From Saccharolobus islandicus REY15A (GTDB lineage: Archaea; Thermoproteota; Thermoprotei_A; Sulfolobales; Sulfolobaceae), in assembly GCF_000189555.1 (NCBI RefSeq), contig NC_017276.1: a stretch of DNA of 64,000 nt; one strand, given 5' to 3'. The notes under the pieces were generated by a model. That model did no database searches, was not told the DNA's origin, and saw only the letters and a program-made list of their open reading frames with translations. Positions 56,603 through 64,000 of the stretch are shown here, in pieces. The stretch's first letter is position 1. Each line of letters opens with the position of its first letter. A program made the translations under genes and the position numbers.

Positions 56603-57669
56603 TCCTTGTCAAATAATATTATCAAGCCTAATAAAAAAGCTATAAGGCTACTACTTAATAATAAAAGACTTATATTTGGAATGAGATAATCTATTAGGTA
56701 TCCGAAAATCCAGCCTAGACCTTGCATAATATTGATCAGTGCAAAGTCATAGACAGTTTTCCTATATGAGAAATATTCCAAGGTCAACGGTACAATTGCC
56801 TCCCAACAACCAAAAAAGATTGCAATAGTTGGGGATAGAAAGTACAAGGATGTTAAAGAGAAGAGAAATAGAGATAGTGAGAGGAAATATTTCTTTCTAG
56901 ATATGACCTTTGACGCTAGATAGCTTAATACTATACCAAGAATCTCCGCCAAAGTAGCTATGATTCCAACAATCTCCTTAGTTAAATGAAAATAGCCATA
57001 GACTACTAGATAAATATAAGGAAATTCCATCGCTATAGGCAAGATTAAAATTGATGGAAGAAATGACCTCATGCTAATTTTAAAGCTCAATGAAATTCGA
57101 CCCAACGAAATGTATGAAAAATTCGCCATAGGTAAGAAAGATATAGCAAGAATTATTCCACCTATCACGAAAAGCCATCTTAAACCTAAATATTGGGCTA
57201 TAACTCCACCTAACGAAGGCATTATTATAGAGGGTAAGATCGATAGGGACCATATTCTAGTTATAGTGCCTTCACCGATTTCTGACATTAGAGAATAATA
57301 GGAGGGAAGCGATAAGAATATGAAATAATTAAGAGACATAAATATGGTAGCTTCCAAAATGTTTCTGGAAAAAGGAAGCATTGCCATACCTATCCCTCCC
57401 ACTAGCATTCCAACAATTATTGGAAGAATTCTATTACCCTTACCTATTTTAGCCCCTATTAACGGAAGAGGTAAAGACACAGCTTGAAATACTGCGAAAA
57501 ATAGGCTTAATTTAGATTCCTCCACGAAACGAGAAAGATAAATGGATATAAACGGGTAATACATATAGTACGCTGCGCTCCATATTATCCAGCTTGCAAG
57601 CAATGATCTTTCCTTAGTGTTCATATCATAAATTGAACTATCTAAAAAATAAGATTTCGTTATTCTCAT
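56599..57669 (-). CDS. MFS transporter
   Basis: Multiple TM helices; true start may be MNTKERS (57624). Confidence 0.8.
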   Translation of the reverse strand: MRITKSYFLDSSIYDMNTKERSLLASWIIWSAAYYMYYPFISIYLSRFVEESKLSLFFAVFQAVSLPLPLIGAKIGKGNRILPIIVGMLVGGIGMAMLPFSRNILEATIFMSLNYFIFLSLPSYYSLMSEIGEGTITRIWSLSILPSIIMPSLGGVIAQYLGLRWLFVIGGIILAISFLPMANFSYISLGRISLSFKISMRSFLPSILILPIAMEFPYIYLVVYGYFHLTKEIVGIIATLAEILGIVLSYLASKVISRKKYFLSLSLFLFSLTSLYFLSPTIAIFFGCWEAIVPLTLEYFSYRKTVYDFALINIMQGLGWIFGYLIDYLIPNISLLLLSSSLIAFLLGLIILFDKD

Positions 57670-57738
57670 TTTTCTGATAACTGCTTTCTAAAGCAAACTT
57701 TTTTTAGTTAATTAGACTTATTATATTACTGACCTAGT

Positions 57739-58185
57739 ATGGTAGTTGAATCAAACTGTGAAATACCAGAAAATCTTTACTACTTTATAGAAGGTAAAAA
57801 CACAGTTTGGGCTAGATTAGAGGGCTCAGATACAATTGTTGTAGGAATAACTGATCTCGCACAAACAATGGCAGGGAAGATAGTCAAGGTAAGAATAAAG
57901 AAAAAAGGCACTAAAGTGGAGAAAGGAAGACCAGTAGCCACCATGGAAAGTGGCAAGTGGGCTGGACCAGTTCCCGCACCAGTAACTGGAGAAGTGGTTG
58001 AGGTTAATGCAGAGGCAGAGAAAAGTCCAGTAATCATAAATCAAGATCCTTATGGAAAAGGATGGTTAGTAAAGATGAAGATGAGTAATCCAGAGGAGTT
58101 GAAACAGTTAGTTAGTGGACAGGCAGCAATACAGAAATTGAAGGAGTTAATAGCCTCAGAAAAGTTAACATGCAAGAGGCTATAA
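57739..58185 (+). CDS. lbpA: Second GcvH-like lipoate-binding protein LbpA
   Basis: GITDLAQ, MESGKWAGPV, NQDPYGKGW; N- and C-terminal Cys. Confidence 0.82.
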   Translation: MVVESNCEIPENLYYFIEGKNTVWARLEGSDTIVVGITDLAQTMAGKIVKVRIKKKGTKVEKGRPVATMESGKWAGPVPAPVTGEVVEVNAEAEKSPVIINQDPYGKGWLVKMKMSNPEELKQLVSGQAAIQKLKELIASEKLTCKRL

Positions 58186-58186
58186 A

Positions 58187-59287
58187 ATGAGTTGGAGATT
58201 TATATCTCTCCCTCCTCAAGACGGCTATCACATGGTAACTTCGTTCGTAGCAGTAGCAGATTATGTAAATAGAGGAGGGAAAAATACATTATTGATTTTT
58301 TCAGTTAAGGAGCCCTTTGTAAATGTAGGAGTCCATCAAGAAGTATGGCTCGAAGTTGATTTAGAATTTACCAAAAAGATGAAAATTCCAGTAGTTAGGC
58401 GTGATTTAGGAGGAGGGACAGTAGTAATAACAGCAGGAGAACATGATTATTTTATTGTGGTTAGGCAGGAAGATGCACCAAGAAATCCCACTGAACTATA
58501 TAGGAAATTCCTCACGCCCGTAGTAAACGTTTTACGTTCATATGGGTTGAACGCCGATTTAAGGGATCAAGATATAGTAGTCAATGGAAAGAAAATAAGT
58601 GGAAACGGTGCAATGACACGTGGTAATTCAGTTGTATTAGCTGGCAATATTTTGTTAAGTCTAGATGTTGATTTAATTAGTAAGTGCATAAAGGTTCCTA
58701 CAGAAAAGTTTAGGGACAAAATGGCTAAGGATATGTCAGAATGGTTAACATCATTAGAAAAGGAATTAGGATATGTTCCACCTAGAGATGAAATTAACAG
58801 AAAACTTAAGGAAGCCTTTGAAAAGGAATTAGGCATCAAATTCGAGGATTCAACATTAACACCAGAGGAAATAGAATTATGGGAGAAACTGGCAAGTGAA
58901 AAGGCTAAAGAGGAATGGATATTTTACAAGGATAATAGACACCCTAATATTCACACAGAAAGATGCGTTAAAATCTCGTCAGCAGTAGCTCTTTGTCACC
59001 TTGACTATAAGGCTAGAAAGTTGTTAAGAATTACCCTTAAAATAGTAAATAAGAAAATTGATGAAATATCAATTTCTGGTGACTTTTTCGTCATGTCACC
59101 GAATGGATTCATAGAATATTTGGAAGATAGGCTAAAGGGAGTATCAGCTAATTTGGAGGAGATAAGAGAAGTAATTCTTGACGAATTTAACGAGAAGAAA
59201 CCAGTGATATTTGGCTTTAATGAAAACGATTTAATAGATGCATTAACTGAAATTATGAGAAAACCTGACATACAAGAGGTTATTTAA
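58187..59287 (+). CDS. lplA: Second lipoate:protein ligase (LplAB)
   Basis: RRDLGGG, NGKKISGNG, SISGDFF; 1 nt after lbpA. Confidence 0.88.
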   Translation: MSWRFISLPPQDGYHMVTSFVAVADYVNRGGKNTLLIFSVKEPFVNVGVHQEVWLEVDLEFTKKMKIPVVRRDLGGGTVVITAGEHDYFIVVRQEDAPRNPTELYRKFLTPVVNVLRSYGLNADLRDQDIVVNGKKISGNGAMTRGNSVVLAGNILLSLDVDLISKCIKVPTEKFRDKMAKDMSEWLTSLEKELGYVPPRDEINRKLKEAFEKELGIKFEDSTLTPEEIELWEKLASEKAKEEWIFYKDNRHPNIHTERCVKISSAVALCHLDYKARKLLRITLKIVNKKIDEISISGDFFVMSPNGFIEYLEDRLKGVSANLEEIREVILDEFNEKKPVIFGFNENDLIDALTEIMRKPDIQEVI

Positions 59288-59410
59288 ATTTTTACCTTAT
59301 TTTCTTATTATATTAAATTACTTAAAGTCGGTTAGTAATATTTAATGGATATATAGTAGTGTAAAAGTAAAGAAAGGCTTTTTTACTCATAATATAAACA
59401 TAATACATAT

Positions 59411-60052
59411 ATGAAAGAGATAGATTTGACAGTAGAAAGAGATGCTAATGTTAGGAAGTTTATAGTGATGCAGAATATACAATCCGACGAAAATGAGATT
59501 ATATTTAAAGTAGATAAAGAGGGAAAAAATACATTGGAAGATATATGCAATGAATTGGAATATGAGTGTGAAGAGTATGAAAAAGATGGAGTTTATTCTG
59601 TAAAAGTAAAGAAAAGTACTGAAGTTAAAGGATCTATAAGCGACACTATTGATTTTCTAGTCCCCTTATCGCCCAAGAGCGTTAATGAAAAAATTATAAA
59701 TCCAGCAATTTTGACCTTGTTTATACCACAAATTAAAGCAGTTTCTAGCATAAGAGAGGGAGTTCATTTATTAAGAATTAAATGGGTCATAAGTTGGGAT
59801 ACTCCTTTAACTGTGTATAATGTAAAGTTAGACGATGATAGGTACATAACTAGGTATTATGCGTCACAGAAAATACCATTATTTAACGTATCATTCGGAT
59901 TCGATTTTTACATAACATCAGAAGGTACTGGAAGTAGGATAAAGATGAAAGAGTGGTATAAGGGGCCTTTTAAACAGCTGGCTAAAGGGGAAATAGAAAA
60001 ACACTTAAAGAAAGCGAAGGAACTACTTCCGGAATTTCTAATTAAAATTTAG
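59411..60052 (+). CDS. TusA-like domain (no CPxP) fused to an SRPBCC/START-like domain
   Basis: IDLT...EIIFKVD...EDIC...DGVYSVKVKK matches the TusA layout; C-terminal helix-grip-like pattern. Confidence 0.5.
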   Translation: MKEIDLTVERDANVRKFIVMQNIQSDENEIIFKVDKEGKNTLEDICNELEYECEEYEKDGVYSVKVKKSTEVKGSISDTIDFLVPLSPKSVNEKIINPAILTLFIPQIKAVSSIREGVHLLRIKWVISWDTPLTVYNVKLDDDRYITRYYASQKIPLFNVSFGFDFYITSEGTGSRIKMKEWYKGPFKQLAKGEIEKHLKKAKELLPEFLIKI

Positions 60053-60374
60053 CTAACTGTCTCAGACTATTTATCTTCTCGATTAACTCCTCTATATCCT
60101 TTAACTCATTGGCAAGTTTCTGGTCTTGTTTAATCGTATTAATTATACTTACCAGTTCCTCCCAGTAAGTTCCCATATATGTTTCTGGATTGTACTTATG
60201 CATAGTAATTATCTCAGTTATTATAGCTAATCTATTAATTACACCCATGTTCTTTAATTCTAGCTTATACTTTACCATTAGATCATTAATTGAATCTAAA
60301 AGCATTTGGATATAACCTACAATTTCTCTTCTCTCCCTCTCTCCAGCACCTAATATACTTTCCTCCACTGCCAT
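60042..60374 (-). CDS. Hypothetical helical protein
   Basis: 110 aa from MAVEES. Confidence 0.7.
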   Translation of the reverse strand: MAVEESILGAGERERREIVGYIQMLLDSINDLMVKYKLELKNMGVINRLAIITEIITMHKYNPETYMGTYWEELVSIINTIKQDQKLANELKDIEELIEKINSLRQLAKF

Positions 60375-60415
60375 AAGTACCTCGGTATAAAATGTATAAT
60401 TAAAAATTAAAAAAG

Positions 60416-60832
60416 TCAACTTTTGATTTTCCAATTAATATTTACTTTAACACTCCTTGTTAACGTATCCCTCATTGGACATCGTTCTTCAGCCTCTTTT
60501 AATATTTCACTTATCCTAGTATCTTTCGAATCAACTATTAACTCGTAATTGACCTCTAATAAACCTGGAGGGACTTCTTTAAATCCTTGAAATCCTTTAG
60601 TATCCATTTTCCCTTCAATATATCCTTCAATTGAATTTATAGCGACACCTTTTTCTCTTGCTATATAGTACACAGTCAAGATAAGACAAGATATTGCAGA
60701 AGCAAGACAGAATTCCTCTGGAGTAGGATTATCAGATCCTAATAAACCTATTCTTATCTCAGTTCCATTTAAGTCTACAATAACCTTATCCCTCTCTAGC
60801 TTACCTTCTGCAGTAAACGTTATCGTTGTCAA
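60416..60832 (-). CDS. osmC: OsmC/Ohr-family protein
   Basis: PTPEEF.LAS..SC and CP motifs (two conserved Cys); TTG start. Confidence 0.8.
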   Translation of the reverse strand: MTTITFTAEGKLERDKVIVDLNGTEIRIGLLGSDNPTPEEFCLASAISCLILTVYYIAREKGVAINSIEGYIEGKMDTKGFQGFKEVPPGLLEVNYELIVDSKDTRISEILKEAEERCPMRDTLTRSVKVNINWKIKS

Positions 60833-61275
60833 TTTATAACACCTATATCTCTTAATATTGCAGCTTCTATTCCATACTTAATATATAATCTTGTTTTTTC
60901 TTCTTCATTAAATCTCCTGCCAAACTTCTCCTCAACCTTCTCTATTTGCCTCGTAATTACTGTGCTAATGTTAGTCTCTATGGAGGGCTTATTTACCTTA
61001 AACGTATAATAAACGTCCAATAATAACTCATACATATCTTCGTCTAAATTAAGTAAAAAATTTCCTACTGCCGGAATAAGCTGATTATTAATTTCAATCA
61101 TCTTGGCCTTAAAATAAGGCCTCCATGTTAGCATGTGTGATTTCACAAACTCCCATGAGGGGGGAAATCCCTTATATTCATCAGCATTAGGTACATTTAC
61201 AACCTTATACTCCTCACCGTTGATATCTATCACTGCCTCAACTTCAAGCTCTAAATTTCCTACCTTTTCTTTCAT
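60829..61275 (-). CDS. Hypothetical protein
   Basis: 148 aa, 4-nt overlap with osmC. Confidence 0.7.
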   Translation of the reverse strand: MKEKVGNLELEVEAVIDINGEEYKVVNVPNADEYKGFPPSWEFVKSHMLTWRPYFKAKMIEINNQLIPAVGNFLLNLDEDMYELLLDVYYTFKVNKPSIETNISTVITRQIEKVEEKFGRRFNEEEKTRLYIKYGIEAAILRDIGVIN

Positions 61276-61346
61276 ATTAGTTTTCCTTTCATTCTAATAG
61301 AAAAATTTTTTTCTATCTCATCTATCAAATTAACATCGGTGTTTAT

Positions 61347-61466
61347 ATGTCAAAAGTAGAAGATCCTTGCGTACGCGAGTGCTTCTCACCAAATAGTCAA
61401 TGGAAATTTGTAGACATTTCAGAATGCATTGCAAGGTGTAAAGAACTTAATGTAATTAAACCTTAA
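61347..61466 (+). CDS. Candidate 39-aa twin-CX3C small protein
   Basis: MSKVEDPCVRECFSPNSQWKFVDISECIARCKELNVIKP; GGTG 5 nt before the ATG; no clear TATA. Confidence 0.4.
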   Translation: MSKVEDPCVRECFSPNSQWKFVDISECIARCKELNVIKP

Positions 61467-61640
61467 TTGACTTTCTTCATGTCATGAATAATTATATAAA
61501 TATTTTTATCGTCTAGAGTTCCTCCGAACTCATCTCAAGAAGTTCGAGATTGTAACATTTTTTGCGTAACTTTTAATCACTTCTCATTAATATCTTTATT
61601 ATGATTATGTTTATATAGTATTACTTTATTATCATATATT

Positions 61641-61830
61641 GATGAGCTCCCTACCGATAACGGGCTCTGCTCACGAGGTTCTGAGAGTGCGAATGGGAGG
61701 GTAGTGGCGTTTCCCTCAACTAGCCCCAATGACTTAAGGGTGAGTCTGTATAATCCCTTAAAAGGGGTGCCCATGGCGGAATTAGAAGTAAGCATAAGCT
61801 ACGCCATAGGTAAACACGAACCTTACATAC
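61641..61830 (+). mobile_element. Structured GC-rich block resembling an IS200/IS605 tnpB 3' end (omegaRNA-like); no transposase
   Basis: Serial hairpins; translation ...GSAHEV / AFPSTSPNDLRVSLYNPLKGVPMAELEVSI resembles Sulfolobales TnpB tails as recalled. Confidence 0.45.
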
Positions 61831-62121
61831 CAATCCTATTATTTTTAAAATGCTCATCATGTACTTTACTTCATTTTTCATAAAAGACAAACTTAGAATA
61901 CCTATTCTTAATATTTTGTAAACGATATAAAATATATTTATATTATATGTTGTAGCATGTCTTCATCATTAGTAGTGTATAGAATTATTCTATATTTCAT
62001 CAATTTGCTGTATATTATGATACTAATTTAAGGGACCTTAATTATTAACACATAATTAAATTATTCAGAAAAATCCGGAGTTAAGAAAAATCTTAAACTA
62101 GCTATATTTATCTCAACTTTT

Positions 62122-62174
62122 TATCAGTGCTACAATGGATCATCATTATTCAAGCCGCCCATCGGTCATCATAA
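62122..62174 (-). ncRNA. Box C/D double-guide sRNA
   Basis: ATGATGA (C) CCGATGGGCGGC TTGA (D') ATA ATGATGA (C') TCCATTGTAGCA CTGA (D); two 12-nt guides complementary to conserved 16S rRNA. Confidence 0.92.
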
Positions 62175-62251
<77 letters not shown>

Positions 62252-62352
62252 ACCAATTAAAAATAAGATATAACAAGTTATTAAGCGTTCATACAATATA
62301 TCCAGAGACAGAAAATAAATCACTTTAATTTACGGAAAAAAGTTATTATTTG

Positions 62353-63879
62353 TCATTCTTCCTCATTCTCCTCTTCTTTCTTAGGCAAGACGACTTGTTG
62401 TTCCTTAGATTTAGCGTTTTCTGGAATTGTAGCTAATAATTCCGAATATGCTACCTCTCCATGCATAGCGTAATCTCCTATCGCTAGTTCTTGAGGTGGC
62501 GCTTGTAATGGTATAAATAATCCTATGAATTTTAGAAGGCCGAAAGTTATTGCAAAGTCGTATACGAACACAATTGCTGCTGCAAGCGCTTGAATTCCTA
62601 GCTGATACCAATTACCATAGAGGGCTCCTGTTAAACCTGGGTATATAAATTGTGTAACTGCGGGATTCGCAAAAACTCCGGTTAATAAACCACCTACTAT
62701 TCCAGCTATCCCGTGAGTAGAAAATATTCCAAGTGTATCGTCAACTCTTAGTTTTGGTTCTAACCAATATAGTGCCATCCATGGTATACTTCCAGAGGCT
62801 ATTCCAATTAACGCAGCTTCCCACCCATTTACGTATCCTGCAGCTGGTGTAATTGCGACCAGGCCAGTTATAGCACCACTGGTAGCCCCGACTAACGTTG
62901 GCTTTCCAAAGAATTTCATGTCCATTAACATCCATACTACAGCACTTACTGCAGTTGCAATATTTGTGTTCAGCACTGCTATTGCAGCATCTACTGTAGC
63001 TCCTAGTGGATCACCGCCATTGAACCCATCCCAGCCTAGCCAAATTAACCCCGCTCCAGCTAAAATTAAAGGCAAGCTGTGTGCCTCTAGTCTTCTTTCG
63101 GAGGCTAACCTAGGACCTATTGCTAGTGCCGCAGCCAGAGCTCCCACTCCAGCATCAACATGTATAACATAACCTCCAGAGAAGTCCACAGCACCCAATT
63201 GATTTAACCACCCTCCCGCAAACAACCAATATGCAACTGGGCTATATACTAGGAGAGACCAGAAGGGCACAAAAACCATCCAAGCTTTGAAGTTCATTCT
63301 CTCCAGTACTCCTCCAGCTAATAATATCGGCGTTATTGCGGCGAACACAAACTGGAAGAATATAAAGGTGGCAGTTGGTATATTTGCGTGAAGACCGCTA
63401 GGGCCGTATGTAGTTTCTGAAGCTTCAAAAAGTCCTCCCCACGCTGGAACAGGATATCCAAATATTCCGTAGCCGTGAATGGAAAGTAATGCTGGATAAC
63501 CGAAACCAAAACTATAACCAGCTATTATCCATATGACCAACACTACTGCAAATGCATAAAATACCATTAATGCTGAGTTAACTGCATACTTCTTTTTAGA
63601 CAATCCAGCATAATATAATGCAACGCCAGGTACACTTTGCAATCCCACAAAAGTAGCTGCAGTTAGCATCCACGCGTTACTACCAGTATCAAGCCAAGAT
63701 GGTACTGCTGTGGCTGGATAACTAGATGTTCTATTAAGGATCGATTGTATTGACTGATTCAATTGTTGAATTGCAGATGAATTTGTAGCAGTTTGAGAAT
63801 GCGTTAAAATGGTTGAAAACAAAAACATTATTAATATTATCTGGCTGATCAATAATACCTTGTATTTCCACTCTTTCAT
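62353..63879 (-). CDS. amtB: Ammonium transporter (Amt family)
   Basis: [36 protein letters not shown]. Confidence 0.95.
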   Translation of the reverse strand: MKEWKYKVLLISQIILIMFLFSTILTHSQTATNSSAIQQLNQSIQSILNRTSSYPATAVPSWLDTGSNAWMLTAATFVGLQSVPGVALYYAGLSKKKYAVNSALMVFYAFAVVLVIWIIAGYSFGFGYPALLSIHGYGIFGYPVPAWGGLFEASETTYGPSGLHANIPTATFIFFQFVFAAITPILLAGGVLERMNFKAWMVFVPFWSLLVYSPVAYWLFAGGWLNQLGAVDFSGGYVIHVDAGVGALAAALAIGPRLASERRLEAHSLPLILAGAGLIWLGWDGFNGGDPLGATVDAAIAVLNTNIATAVSAVVWMLMDMKFFGKPTLVGATSGAITGLVAITPAAGYVNGWEAALIGIASGSIPWMALYWLEPKLRVDDTLGIFSTHGIAGIVGGLLTGVFANPAVTQFIYPGLTGALYGNWYQLGIQALAAAIVFVYDFAITFGLLKFIGLFIPLQAPPQELAIGDYAMHGEVAYSELLATIPENAKSKEQQVVLPKKEEENEEE

Positions 63880-64000
63880 CTATATCTAGGTAATGAGGTA
63901 AAAAATAATTATTAAGGATTTCTATGAATCTGCATAATAGATTTTCATTAATATGCCTATATTTTTAAAATCTATTTATATATATGGCCAGGACTCGATG

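Noticed and set aside
26630-58185. gcvH genes as part of a glycine cleavage system
   Set aside because: No gcvP/gcvT in the window; the shdr and lipS1/S2 context favours LbpA carriers
61476-61546. Small inverted repeats TTCATG-T-CATGAA and CGAACT...AGTTCG as an IS left-end hairpin
   Set aside because: Short arms in AT-rich DNA are expected by chance, and no tnpA is present
61639-61684. TGATGA...CTGA as a third canonical C/D guide sRNA
   Set aside because: No credible internal D'/C' pair with 10-12-nt guides, and rRNA complementarity is only short or gapped; kept only as a possible K-turn

Overview
AT-rich, gene-dense archaeal window; proteins and BRE/TATA leaderless promoters indicate a Saccharolobus/Sulfolobus chromosome (S. 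islandicus/solfataricus-like). The dominant feature is a dispersed sulfur-oxidation supercluster. It includes shdrC1-B1-A-hyp-C2-B2 with tusA, dsrE2B and dsrE3A, a dihydrolipoamide dehydrogenase operon and a repeat-expanded DUF1641 protein. It also includes a lipoate-assembly operon (lplAB-lipS1-lipS2) extended by an M23-like protein and an HDAC-family deacylase, two GcvH-like lipoate carriers (LbpA) and a second lipoate ligase. Also present are three Lrs14-family regulators, aconitase, FAU-1, the arnA-PP2A-arnB/vWA2 cluster, Trm10, convergently encoded CoA-transferase subunits, MarR plus a MacB-like ABC system, fumC, purEK, amtB, several transporters and a membrane-anchored S53 protease. Reading the raw sequence adds items missing from the ORF track: tRNA-Ala(CGC), two box C/D sRNAs (one 5 nt after the tRNA, predicted to guide 16S Cm1402), a structured tnpB-3'-end-like element behind its own TATA box, a 55-aa YHS protein and a 39-aa twin-CX3C ORF. 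No CRISPR array, intact transposase or provirus was seen. All family assignments are by motif recognition and recall; no searches were run.
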